64,000 nucleotides of DNA from a virus (taxonomy: Duplodnaviria; Caudoviricetes): IMG/VR virus record IMGVR_UViG_3300030372_004928, positions 16,497 to 80,496 of that record; one strand, written 5' to 3'. Each line of letters begins with the position of its first letter. Position 1 is the first letter of the stretch. Positions 1-9,895 of this stretch are shown in pieces. The translations under genes were made by a program, and so were the position numbers. The notes under the pieces were generated by a model. The model was given only the letters and a program-made list of their open reading frames with translations, had not been told where the DNA came from and did no database searches.

Positions 1-2
1 GT

Positions 3-368
3 GATACAGCTAAAGCAAATAAACTATTAGTTACATATTATCAAGATAAAAAATTAAATGAAATTATTGATTTATTTGTTTTACTTGAAAAAGATATTTC
101 ATTATACTATGGTATCTTTGTAGATTTCTTTGCAAATCATGGAGTTATTATAGATGTAAATAAAAAAGGTTACAGTATTTACGTTAACAATGATAACAAA
201 GAATATCAATCAAAAGCTAAAGATTGGTTATTTGATTATGAAGATGGTTGTCCTTATATAGAAAAAAATTATGTAAATGATAATCAAATTAATGAAAATA
301 TAAGTCACCAAATTAAATTAAATATGAAAACAGCTATTTTGAAAGCTATGAAATGGCTAAATATATAA
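3..368 (+). CDS. Hypothetical protein, 5'-partial (C-terminal ~121 aa)
   Basis: Frame 3 is open from the window start (DTAKANKLLV...AMKWLNI) to TAA at 366-368, just before the helicase ATG at 371. Not in the supplied ORF track; translated by hand. Confidence 0.7.
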   Translation, partial: DTAKANKLLVTYYQDKKLNEIIDLFVLLEKDISLYYGIFVDFFANHGVIIDVNKKGYSIYVNNDNKEYQSKAKDWLFDYEDGCPYIEKNYVNDNQINENISHQIKLNMKTAILKAMKWLNI

Positions 369-1882
369 CTATGGAACAAGAACTTACAACATGCCAATAT
401 CATGCAACTAATGATATTGTTGCTTGGGCATACGATGATGAAAAACTTTTTATGACACTTGCAGGACCTGCAGGAACAGGAAAATCTTATTTAAGTAGGA
501 TTGTTCTTAAACACATTCCTCAATTTAATATTTGTGTTTCTGCACCTACACATAAAGCATTGAAAGTCATAAAAAATGAAAGTGAACAAACAGGAAGAAC
601 TTTACAATCTCTTCTTGGATTAGCAGTAGACCAGGACATAGAAGATTTTGACCCTGCAAATTTAAGATTTGATAAGAAGAATGAACCAAAGATTTCTAAT
701 TATGATTTTATTTTATTGGATGAAGCTTCAATGATTCAATCTTCTCTTCTTGAATATTTACAAGAAAAAGCAATACAAAACAGAACAAAAATCTTGTTTG
801 TAGGAGACCCTATACAATTGCCGCCTGTAGGAGAAACAGAATCTCCTGTATTTAATAGTAAATATATTGATGGGGGAATTGTACATTTATCTACACCTTG
901 TAGACAAAGTACAGGAAATCCAGCTTATTCATTACTATTGGCAGACCGACATGATATAGAAAGGAGTAATAATTCTTGGAATGTTTTAATAGATAATCTA
1001 AAAGAACAAGAAATTTTTACTACTGCTCTTGAAGTAGATTTAGTTAAAAATGTAGCTAATACTCACAAGATATTAAGGAAGCATTTAGGTAATGAAAGAA
1101 TAAATTCTAAAGGCGAAGGTTTTAAAATTTACAAAAGTATTCATAATTTTAACGATGTTATGGCTAAAACTTTTATAGATTATTACTCAAAAGAAGATTA
1201 TGAAGCAGTAAAAACTTTAGCTTGGAGAAATGATAAGGTCAATGAACACAACAAAACTATTAGAAAAAAATTATTTCCAAATACTTCAGATAATTTAACT
1301 GAAGGAGATTTGTTGATGTGTTATAGACCAATTACAAGATGGGATAGAAGTACAAGGTCTACATATACTTTAGTGCACAATTCTGATGAACTTTTAGTTA
1401 AGGAAGTAACAAAAGAATTAAGTTCAATTGGTATAAAAATTTACAGTACTCTTGCAGAAGTTTCTGAAGATCAACAAGAATTAATTGATTTTGTAAGAAA
1501 AGAAGATTATAATGAGTATGTAAATAATTACGAATATTATAAGAAAAGTGCAAAAACAAAAGGTTGGGCAAGTTTTTATGGATTTTATGACAATCATTTA
1601 TTATTAGAAAATCTATCAAAAATATATAATGATAGATATATGCCTAATAAAGCATTTGATTATGCATATGCAATAACTGTCCATAAAAGTCAAGGTTCAA
1701 CATACAATGAAGTATTTATAGATATAGCTGATATTTTTCAACATTACTTTGTAAATAAATATTTACTTGAAAAACAGGGTAAGTGGAATGATGAAGCAGA
1801 CAGAATATATCGTAAAATTACAAGGCAACTTAGATATGTTGCAGCAAGTAGAGCAAAGAAATTTACACACATTATTTTCTAA
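353..1882 (+). CDS. SF1 DNA helicase, Dda/RecD-like (likely start 371)
   Basis: Walker A GPAGTGKS, APTHKA, Walker B DEASM, GDPIQLPPV, motif V YAITVHKSQGSTY, motif VI YVAASRA. Confidence 0.92.
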   Translation: MAKYITMEQELTTCQYHATNDIVAWAYDDEKLFMTLAGPAGTGKSYLSRIVLKHIPQFNICVSAPTHKALKVIKNESEQTGRTLQSLLGLAVDQDIEDFDPANLRFDKKNEPKISNYDFILLDEASMIQSSLLEYLQEKAIQNRTKILFVGDPIQLPPVGETESPVFNSKYIDGGIVHLSTPCRQSTGNPAYSLLLADRHDIERSNNSWNVLIDNLKEQEIFTTALEVDLVKNVANTHKILRKHLGNERINSKGEGFKIYKSIHNFNDVMAKTFIDYYSKEDYEAVKTLAWRNDKVNEHNKTIRKKLFPNTSDNLTEGDLLMCYRPITRWDRSTRSTYTLVHNSDELLVKEVTKELSSIGIKIYSTLAEVSEDQQELIDFVRKEDYNEYVNNYEYYKKSAKTKGWASFYGFYDNHLLLENLSKIYNDRYMPNKAFDYAYAITVHKSQGSTYNEVFIDIADIFQHYFVNKYLLEKQGKWNDEADRIYRKITRQLRYVAASRAKKFTHIIF

Positions 1883-1894
1883 ACAAAAAAACAT

Positions 1895-4357
1895 ATGATA
1901 AAATTTATAACTAACTCAAAAAAACATAATTTTCAAGGTAAAATTTTATCTGAAAGAGAAGGAAGGAGAGAACTAGAGGATTTTTTAGCAGAAAATAATA
2001 GAATAGGAAAGCCAGTAGCAAAAGATTATGAAGCTACTGGTCTTGATGCTTATACATTAAAACCTTTATTATTAGGTTTAGGAAACAAACAAGTACAATA
2101 TTGTATTGATTTATGTTCAATAAATATTAAAAATTGGAAAATTCCTAGTGATTTAAAATACATAGGTCATAACATTAAATATGATATAAAATTAGAGATA
2201 ATTAATTTCAATTTTCATCATAAAAATGTTTATGACACTATGATTGCAGAACAAAAGATTTATCAAGGATGTCAATCTAATCCTAAATTTAAATTTAATT
2301 TATCTGCAGTAACTTTTAGACATTTAGGTATAGGCAGAAAACACGGAAAAGATACACGTTTAGATTTTATTAATGCTGACCCAAAAACATTTGTATTTGA
2401 GCATAATCATATAGAATATTTAGCTGAAGATTTAATTAATTTAGAAGCTATTAAAGACAGTCAATATGATTATTTAACTGAATATGATTTAAAAAATTGG
2501 ATGCATGGAATAGAATTCCCTTTAATTTATCATTTAGCACAATGCGAGTTAAATGGTTTTAGATTTGATACTGAAAAATGGCAAAGTAATATAGATGAAT
2601 CAACTAAAATACGGCATAAATTAGCTTGTAAATTAGATGATGAATTTAGGAAATTAAGAGATACTTTACCAAAAGTAGAAAAATCTAGAATTTCAGGTGG
2701 TATGTATGATAGAAATAGAAATTTCAAATTACAGCAATTATCTACAAATTTATTTGGAACTGTAAAAAAAGTAAAAACTACAAAAGGTATTAATAATATT
2801 AATTGGGGTTCAGACAAAGTAATATTATATATATTAGCTTGTTTAAAACAACCAGCTCCTTTACAAGGTTCGATAGCCAAAAAATATAATTATTTAATAC
2901 CTTGCTTAGACGACAATTTAAATAAGATTGTAGGTAATTGTGGATTTCTTAAAAGAAAAAAATTCTCTTTTAAACAAACAGCAGGAGAAGGATTTACTAC
3001 AGGTAAAAACGCTTTAACAAAATATTTAATAGATTTTCCTAAAACACCTTTAAGAGATTTCATATTAATTCTTAAACAATGGAGAGAAGTTAATCATGAA
3101 ATTACATCATTTGGAGAAAATTTCTTAGAAAAAATTAATCCAATAACAGGAAAATTACATACTATTTTTAGACAAGCAAATGCAGTAAATAGTAGATTTC
3201 AATCTGGTGGAGGATATTTAGAATCAGATAAATATAATGCTCAAAATATCCCTAGAAAGAAAAAGTTTAGACATTGTTTTAAAGGAGATTTAATTTTTGG
3301 AAAAGAATCTTCAATAGTTACTTGTGATTTATCTGGTGCAGAAGTTGCAATATTATGTGACAAAAGTGGAGATAAAAATTTATATAAATGGGCGATTGAA
3401 CAAGATGATACACATTCGCCAATGGTTCAAAATGTATGGAGAACTATTTATTTATATAGAGCAGGTAAATTAGAAGGAAAATGGAATAACCCAAAAGAAT
3501 TTGAAAAATTAATGGGGAAACCAAACGATTTAGATAAAAGCAAAAATGAAGAAGTACTTTATTGGTATAATTTATCTAAAACTTTTATTGTTTCTAAAAC
3601 TAAAAACAAAGCTTATAGACAAGCAGGCAAAAATGGAACATTTGGAGGTTTATATGGAATGAAAGCTAATAAAGCTGCTGAAACATTTAATGGTACTGAT
3701 TCTGAATTAATGAAAATAAATCCTAATTATATTCCTGTTAATGTAACAGAAGAAGAAGGACATATTATATTATTAGCTCAAAAATCAGTAATACCAGATG
3801 CTTATGCTTATGTTGAAAGTAATGTTAAAAAAGCTTTTTCACAAGGCTATTTACAATACGACAATAAAAGCAAATCAAGAATATGGTTTCCAGATGTTTT
3901 AAAATTATTTAAAGAGATCGAAGAACATCATGAAAAAGAATACAATATTTTAAATCCTCAAATTGTTTATTTAGGGAATGGTAAATATAAAGTTATTCAA
4001 ACTGAAGAAAGGTATGAATTATCTTATGTTTCTAAGAAAAACATAGATGGACAAGCAAGAAATGTTCCTATTAGTGGAACACAAGCTGATTGTATTAAAG
4101 AAGCTATTATAGAAATTTGTAATTATGCAGATATAAATAATTATAAAGATATAAAATGGTTATCTCAAGTACATGATGAACTTGTATTTTCAATGCCTAA
4201 AAGAATTGACGGTCAAAGTAAAGAATATAAATCATCTAAAAGAAAAATTAATTTTCCAGAATATGTTAGAAAAACAATGATAAATGCGGCTAATAGACAT
4301 ATGTCGCGTGTAAAAATGGGAGCAGATTATGATGTTCTCGATTCTTGGACAAAATAA
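1895..4357 (+). CDS. polA: DNA polymerase family A with N-terminal 3'-5' exonuclease
   Basis: ExoI DYEATG, ExoII GHNIKYD, YDTMIAE, ExoIII YLAED; polymerase motif A CDLSGAE, motif B RQAGKNGTFGGLYG, PISGTQAD, motif C QVHDEL. Confidence 0.95.
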   Translation: MIKFITNSKKHNFQGKILSEREGRRELEDFLAENNRIGKPVAKDYEATGLDAYTLKPLLLGLGNKQVQYCIDLCSINIKNWKIPSDLKYIGHNIKYDIKLEIINFNFHHKNVYDTMIAEQKIYQGCQSNPKFKFNLSAVTFRHLGIGRKHGKDTRLDFINADPKTFVFEHNHIEYLAEDLINLEAIKDSQYDYLTEYDLKNWMHGIEFPLIYHLAQCELNGFRFDTEKWQSNIDESTKIRHKLACKLDDEFRKLRDTLPKVEKSRISGGMYDRNRNFKLQQLSTNLFGTVKKVKTTKGINNINWGSDKVILYILACLKQPAPLQGSIAKKYNYLIPCLDDNLNKIVGNCGFLKRKKFSFKQTAGEGFTTGKNALTKYLIDFPKTPLRDFILILKQWREVNHEITSFGENFLEKINPITGKLHTIFRQANAVNSRFQSGGGYLESDKYNAQNIPRKKKFRHCFKGDLIFGKESSIVTCDLSGAEVAILCDKSGDKNLYKWAIEQDDTHSPMVQNVWRTIYLYRAGKLEGKWNNPKEFEKLMGKPNDLDKSKNEEVLYWYNLSKTFIVSKTKNKAYRQAGKNGTFGGLYGMKANKAAETFNGTDSELMKINPNYIPVNVTEEEGHIILLAQKSVIPDAYAYVESNVKKAFSQGYLQYDNKSKSRIWFPDVLKLFKEIEEHHEKEYNILNPQIVYLGNGKYKVIQTEERYELSYVSKKNIDGQARNVPISGTQADCIKEAIIEICNYADINNYKDIKWLSQVHDELVFSMPKRIDGQSKEYKSSKRKINFPEYVRKTMINAANRHMSRVKMGADYDVLDSWTK

Positions 4358-4365
4358 AAAAAATT

Positions 4366-5124
4366 ATGAAAGCCTTTATTATTTCGATTGTTACCTACAT
4401 AACAAGTTTATTTGGTTGTGAAAATATTGATATTTATGCAGGCAGATATGCTCAAGTTTTTAACCCTGTTTATAATGAAATAGGTGTGCCAGTAGATAGA
4501 GAATGGCTTACTTCAAATGAATGGAAAGGTTTACATATAAAAAATCCAATAAAAAGAAAGAAGTTTAAATTATGGAAAAGACATAAGATAAACGAATTTA
4601 TTGATTTTATGTGTATAGCTGCTATTGAAGAAGCAAAAGTATATCCTGATATACCTCCTGAAATTATAGTTGCACAAGCTATATTGGAAAGTAATTATGG
4701 ATTTAGTAAATTATGTCATCAAAGTAATAATTATTATGGACACAAATACTGGGGTAAAAACAAAAAAGCTTACGTCATTGCTCATGACGATAGTCCAACA
4801 GATAGGTTTAGAAAATTTAAATCTAAATGGTGGTCAATTCGGGCACATTCAAAACTTCTCACTAAAAAATACAGACACCGAATTAAAGGAAAACCAACAA
4901 TAAAAGCTTGGTGTGAAGCATTTTGTGGAGGTAATACTACAGCAAAATCTAAAGCATTTGTACAAGCTGGTGGGCAAGTATATGCTACCTCTTGTTATAA
5001 AGGAGTTTGTTATGGTAATAAAATAAAACATTTAATTAAAAGACTACGTTTAAAAAAACTTATTAAAAAGCATGGAAAGCAAAACAATAAGACAAAAAGA
5101 ATTCGCAGAAAAATGGCGAAATAG
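4366..5124 (+). CDS. GH73 (FlgJ-type) glucosaminidase/muramidase with N-terminal signal or lipoprotein-like segment
   Basis: AQAILESNYG (catalytic E), NNYYGHK, FRKF, YAT motifs. The supplied ORF begins at TTG 4345; ATG 4366 gives MKAFIISIVTYITSLFGC. Confidence 0.85.
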   Translation: MKAFIISIVTYITSLFGCENIDIYAGRYAQVFNPVYNEIGVPVDREWLTSNEWKGLHIKNPIKRKKFKLWKRHKINEFIDFMCIAAIEEAKVYPDIPPEIIVAQAILESNYGFSKLCHQSNNYYGHKYWGKNKKAYVIAHDDSPTDRFRKFKSKWWSIRAHSKLLTKKYRHRIKGKPTIKAWCEAFCGGNTTAKSKAFVQAGGQVYATSCYKGVCYGNKIKHLIKRLRLKKLIKKHGKQNNKTKRIRRKMAK

Positions 5125-6532
5125 TACTAAATATGGTTCAAATAAAAACGGTAGTGGAACATTTTGGGCTGTTACAGGTTTTGGAAAAACTTATGGTACT
5201 ATTCAAGAAATCATAAAACCATTTTTAAATAAAAGTGTAAGTAATTACATTACTATATTAGTTTCAAGAGAAGTCCATTATCATCATTGGATTCGTGAAT
5301 TGAATTCTCATATAAAAAGTTTAGATATAAGAAAAAGAGTAAAAGTTGTAACAGTACAATATCTTATAAAGAATGACTTACGCTTATCTACAAATCTACT
5401 TATAGTAGATGAATTACATAAATTTTATAGTGAAGAATATATTCGATATATAAATGGAGATTATATACAATTCACTTATAATTTAGGATTAACTGCAACA
5501 TTCCTTGACCCTAGAGGTAGACATAGACAGATTTTAGATTTATATTATCCTATAGATATTATCAGTCAAACAGAAGCTTTAGAGAAAGGTTGGATTTCGC
5601 AATTTATAGAATATAATCTTACTGTTAATTTACACCCACAAGAAAAAAAGGAATACATTGGGTATCAAGACCAAATTAACAAGCATCTTCCAAAATTTGG
5701 AGATCATGGTATTAGAGCAGCATTTCTTTGTCATCGAGGAGGAAAAGGAAGAAATGGTATATATAGAACTGCACAAGAATGGGCAGAACAATATGCCAGT
5801 CATATGGGATGGAAATCCAGTATGAGTTCTAGTCATCATATTTATAAATTATGGAATCCTTCAATTATTAGAGGATATGCAAGAAGAGTTGTTGAAAATT
5901 TAAAAAATATCAACGATTTTTTGTATAATAATGATAGTAAATACTGTGCAGCAATGGAAATATTAAAAAAATTCCATAATAAAAAGATTATGACATTTGG
6001 TCAATCTACAAAATTTGCTGACGAGTTAACAGATTGGTTCAACAAAGAGAAATTAGGTGTAGCAGTTTCATATCATACACAAATGAAAAGTAGACCTCTT
6101 ACAAATCAACATGGAGAGTTTATTAGATATAAAACAGGAAAAAGAGCAGGCGAAATAAAGAAGTTTGGTCTTACTACACTTAAAAAGTTAACAGTTGAAG
6201 CATTTATTAACGGAACAGCAAATGTTTTATGTACTGCATCAGCAATGGATGAAAATTTTGATTGCCCTGATATTGAAGTAGGATTAATTACAGCTCGTAC
6301 AAGTAATCCTAATAAACAATTACAAAGAGGGGGAAGAATTAAACGATTACTACCAAAAAACCCTAAAGCAGTAATGCTTATAATTAATTTGTACTGTCAA
6401 GGTACAAAAGATTATGATTGGCTTAGAATTAGTCAATCAAAAAATGAGCATTATGTAAAATGGGTTGAAAGCGTCGAAGATATAGATTTTACTATACATA
6501 ATAACGATGTATACGATATTTCTAGTATTTAA
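5072..6532 (+). CDS. SF2 DNA helicase (crAss-type)
   Basis: Motif I AVTGFGKT, II IVDELH, III LGLTAT, V AMDENFDCPD, VI QRGGRIKR. Confidence 0.9.
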   Translation: MESKTIRQKEFAEKWRNSTKYGSNKNGSGTFWAVTGFGKTYGTIQEIIKPFLNKSVSNYITILVSREVHYHHWIRELNSHIKSLDIRKRVKVVTVQYLIKNDLRLSTNLLIVDELHKFYSEEYIRYINGDYIQFTYNLGLTATFLDPRGRHRQILDLYYPIDIISQTEALEKGWISQFIEYNLTVNLHPQEKKEYIGYQDQINKHLPKFGDHGIRAAFLCHRGGKGRNGIYRTAQEWAEQYASHMGWKSSMSSSHHIYKLWNPSIIRGYARRVVENLKNINDFLYNNDSKYCAAMEILKKFHNKKIMTFGQSTKFADELTDWFNKEKLGVAVSYHTQMKSRPLTNQHGEFIRYKTGKRAGEIKKFGLTTLKKLTVEAFINGTANVLCTASAMDENFDCPDIEVGLITARTSNPNKQLQRGGRIKRLLPKNPKAVMLIINLYCQGTKDYDWLRISQSKNEHYVKWVESVEDIDFTIHNNDVYDISSI

Positions 6533-6555
6533 TCATTTTATTATTTATTAACACA

Positions 6556-7119
6556 ATGCGCAGTTATGACAGAATTATTGATTACTGTATTGAACACAAA
6601 ATTACTGTGGAGCAATACATGGTTTTGCATTTACTTTTCTGTAAAAAAGTCAGTACCATAAAATTATATGCAAATACTTTTCCTTACAAAAAAGGTAAAT
6701 TTCTATCTATAAAAGAAAGAGATGATTTAATTGATAGAGATTTCCTTATTAAAGAAACTGTAGGATACAGTATAGGCGAAAAATTTAAGGTTATTTATGC
6801 AGATAAATTTAATGCAGGAAATGAATTATGGTGTTTATATCCTGGTTTTGTTCGTAAAAAAGATGGAACGATGATACCACTCACATCAATGAGTAAACAA
6901 ATTTTTAGAGTAGCTTATTGGGATGCTATTAATGGAGATAGATTAGAACATGATGCTATTATGGAAGATGTTAAATATGGTATAAAACATAATTTATTAA
7001 ATTTTGGAATAAAAAAATTCCTAGAAGCAGAATATTGGACTAAATTGAGAGATTTAAGATTAAACAAAGTAAACAAATTAGATAATCTTACAACAATTCA
7101 AACAGATGACGACTTCTAA
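6556..7119 (+). CDS. Replication-associated protein upstream of DnaB (possible initiator/loader)
   Basis: 187-aa ORF overlapping the DnaB start. Function inferred only from position in crAss-type replication modules. Confidence 0.4.
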   Translation: MRSYDRIIDYCIEHKITVEQYMVLHLLFCKKVSTIKLYANTFPYKKGKFLSIKERDDLIDRDFLIKETVGYSIGEKFKVIYADKFNAGNELWCLYPGFVRKKDGTMIPLTSMSKQIFRVAYWDAINGDRLEHDAIMEDVKYGIKHNLLNFGIKKFLEAEYWTKLRDLRLNKVNKLDNLTTIQTDDDF

Positions 7120-8278
7120 TTTCGAAGATTACAAAGGTTTAATATTCACACCTACAGCTGATGCCATTAGTGAAGCAGCAGCACGTATAGATGAAGAAAG
7201 GTCAGGAGAACAACACGGACTTTATTGTAGATGGGATGCTTTAGATAGAGCTATGTTAAAATATTGGAGATTCAGACATGTTACCTTAATTGCAGGTATG
7301 TCTGGTTCGGGAAAATCTTATTTTCTAAATATGCTTAGACAAGATTTTCTTGATAATATCGATATTGTATATAGAAATATTGAAGCATTCACTTTAAATG
7401 AATATGAAGCAACAGGTGTTTATTATGACCCCGATACTAAAAAAGCAGGTTATCCTGATGAGGAAAACTTAGCTAATGCACTTTATTATCCAAGTGCATC
7501 TTTAATAAAATATGACAATCAGTTAATTCACAAAGCAATAAACAAAGGATGTATACATAAAGTTATTTGTGTACATTTTGGTTATGAAATGGATGCCGCT
7601 GATGAATTACTTAGAGGTGCAAGTAATAGATTAGGAAAATCTTATGGCTACTTAATGTCAAGTCAATGGGATAAAAAACTAAAAGATTATGTAAAACTTA
7701 CCGATGTAGAAACGAATAGTTGTAAAGAAGTTCTAGAGAGTTTCAGAAACCGTAAAGAATTCTATATAGCAACTACTGGTAACTTAAAGCAAGTTTATTG
7801 GACAGTAGAGAAAATACAAAATATGTACCCCGACCACAAACTTGTAGTATCTATAGACCATACTCTTCTCAGTAAAAAATTAGACGAGAGAAACGACATG
7901 GAATTACAATCTGCAACCGCTTTATTAGGTATAGATATACGCACTGATTTCAATGCTATGTTTATTCCTTTAGGGCAATTAAATCAAAATATTGAAGCAG
8001 AAGAAAGAATATTGAAAAATGCAATGCATTATCCCGGGAAAAAGGATATTCATTGCGGTAGTCAATTATGGTGGGCATGCGACAATGTACTAATTAATCA
8101 TAGACCTATAAATCTAAATATTCATGAATACGGAATTGATGGACTATCAACGAAGCACCTAATACATGGTGCAATGATAAAAAGCCGTAAAGGAAAGATT
8201 GGTAATTTATGGTTTAAAGAAGATTTCAATCACGGGCGAATATTAAGTGCTGTGAAAAGTGATTTTAGGGTTAATTAA
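7106..8278 (+). CDS. dnaB: DnaB-like replicative helicase (C-terminal ATPase type)
   Basis: Walker A AGMSGSGKS, FGYEM, SIDHTLL (Walker B-like), LGQLNQNIE, WACDNVLI, KSRKG. Confidence 0.85.
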   Translation: MTTSNFEDYKGLIFTPTADAISEAAARIDEERSGEQHGLYCRWDALDRAMLKYWRFRHVTLIAGMSGSGKSYFLNMLRQDFLDNIDIVYRNIEAFTLNEYEATGVYYDPDTKKAGYPDEENLANALYYPSASLIKYDNQLIHKAINKGCIHKVICVHFGYEMDAADELLRGASNRLGKSYGYLMSSQWDKKLKDYVKLTDVETNSCKEVLESFRNRKEFYIATTGNLKQVYWTVEKIQNMYPDHKLVVSIDHTLLSKKLDERNDMELQSATALLGIDIRTDFNAMFIPLGQLNQNIEAEERILKNAMHYPGKKDIHCGSQLWWACDNVLINHRPINLNIHEYGIDGLSTKHLIHGAMIKSRKGKIGNLWFKEDFNHGRILSAVKSDFRVN

Positions 8279-8326
8279 CTTAAATATTTTATTAAAAAAT
8301 TTTATAATCTCATTATCTTTATAAAC

Positions 8327-9160
8327 ATGAAAAAGAAAAAAAAAGAGATTGAAAATGAGTTAGTAGCAACAAGTTGGGTAAATGAAAGTTCATTTCCTCA
8401 AATGTTTGAACATGCTCAAAAATTAGTGACAAGTGCATTAGTACCATTTAAAAAACCAGAAGATTTAGTTTTAGTATGGCAATATGGAAAAGACATAGGA
8501 TTGTCATTTTCTCAAGCTATTAATGAATTATATCCAATACCTGGTTCTGGAGGTACAAGAGTGTGTGCAGGTGTACATGTTCACGAAGGAATTCTTTTAG
8601 CAGGAGATATACAGTATGAAATCATTGAAGATGCTATTGAAGTACAGCATTATAAAATCAAAGGTTTAGGTACTGTTATATTATCTATGAAAGAAGTTCA
8701 ACAAAAAATTGAAGAAGGTTACTATCAAATAGTAACTCCTGCAGATTTCGATAAAAATGGAAAATTAAATATTGAACAAACTGCTAAATTCTTCATTATG
8801 AGAATTGATTGTCCACATCTTCCTGAAGGTTATTCAAATAGAAGGACATCAATTAGATTTATTCGTAAATCTAAAAACATAGATCAAATTGTAGATTATT
8901 ATTTACACGAAGCTGCTCAAGCAGGTTTTCTTTCAAAAGGTAATTGGGTACAACATCAAAGAGCGATGCTATATGCTAGATGTTTTACTAAAGGAGCAAA
9001 AAGATATGGCTCTGACTTACTTAAAAATTTGGGAGAAACAAGTGAGGTAGCACAATATAGTGGTGTAGATTATACATTTGATGAAAAAGGAAATGCAACT
9101 ATAGATACATCTTTTGAAGAAGTAGAGGAAGATGTTGAAATTTCCGACAAATCCGAGTAA
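8327..9160 (+). CDS. RecT/Bet-like single-strand annealing protein
   Basis: GKDIGLSFSQAINELYPI and W..HQRAMLYARCF..GAKRYGSDLL resemble RecT/Bet conserved blocks; acidic C-terminal tail. Confidence 0.65.
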   Translation: MKKKKKEIENELVATSWVNESSFPQMFEHAQKLVTSALVPFKKPEDLVLVWQYGKDIGLSFSQAINELYPIPGSGGTRVCAGVHVHEGILLAGDIQYEIIEDAIEVQHYKIKGLGTVILSMKEVQQKIEEGYYQIVTPADFDKNGKLNIEQTAKFFIMRIDCPHLPEGYSNRRTSIRFIRKSKNIDQIVDYYLHEAAQAGFLSKGNWVQHQRAMLYARCFTKGAKRYGSDLLKNLGETSEVAQYSGVDYTFDEKGNATIDTSFEEVEEDVEISDKSE

Positions 9161-9203
9161 TTATTATCATTTATTTATTAATTTATTAAATTTTTTTTGT
9201 ATT

Positions 9204-9815
9204 ATGAAAAATACGTTTGATTTTACATCTTTTAGAAAAGATGTTACGTTTGAGACTTTAACAATTCAAGTATCTCAAGAAGAAGCTCCTTACATCAGTA
9301 CTACATCTAATAATGGAACAATTAAAATTAATACACTTGCCTGTAAGATTTTAAATATACCATACGGAGAAATAAATGTTGATAGAGGAAATGCAGGAGT
9401 TAGAATAGATTTTAGACGACAAAATTTTGGTGGAGAAGAAAGTATAGTTACATTTTTGCAGCCATTAGGTAGTAAAAATGGAGCAAAATTAGCTTCTCCT
9501 TCAAAACAAAATGGAGGAGTTTTACAATGTTCTACATCTAATGCATGGCATAATTTAGGTGGTAATCAAGAAAAACTTGTTTATTATACAATTAGCTCAA
9601 ACGATAACGCTGTTTTATTTAATGACCACGCTGTATGTACATTTGAACAAGCAGAAGAAGCAGGTTTAATTAAAGACAATATGTGGACTGCTTTAGCTGA
9701 AGAAAATGAAATAGCAAATGAAGGTAGCCCTGTTACAATCTATTACAGATTAACATACGCTAAAGAAGAACAAAAAAGAGCTTCTAAAGCGACTGGTAGA
9801 CCTAAAAAATCTTAG
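9204..9815 (+). CDS. Hypothetical protein (203 aa)
   Basis: The supplied ORF 9132..9815 overlaps the previous gene. ATG 9204 follows an A/T-rich leader. Ends in TAG followed by a terminator. Confidence 0.75.
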   Translation: MKNTFDFTSFRKDVTFETLTIQVSQEEAPYISTTSNNGTIKINTLACKILNIPYGEINVDRGNAGVRIDFRRQNFGGEESIVTFLQPLGSKNGAKLASPSKQNGGVLQCSTSNAWHNLGGNQEKLVYYTISSNDNAVLFNDHAVCTFEQAEEAGLIKDNMWTALAEENEIANEGSPVTIYYRLTYAKEEQKRASKATGRPKKS

Positions 9816-9830
9816 AATTAATATTTTTAA

Positions 9831-9861
9831 AAAACCCTGTTAATTAAATTAACGGGGTTTT
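9831..9861 (+). terminator. Intrinsic terminator
   Basis: aaaaccctgttaat-taa-attaacggggtttt: long stem with G-U pairs and a T-run, directly after a stop codon. Confidence 0.8.
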
Positions 9862-9895
9862 AAACCTATTTTTTAATTTATATAAATTTTATATT

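Noticed and set aside
1895-4357. 2-aminoadenine (PurZ/DpoZ) or other modified-base system
   Set aside because: No purZ, dATPase, or base-modifying transferase genes are recognisable in the window. PolA motif changes alone are insufficient evidence.
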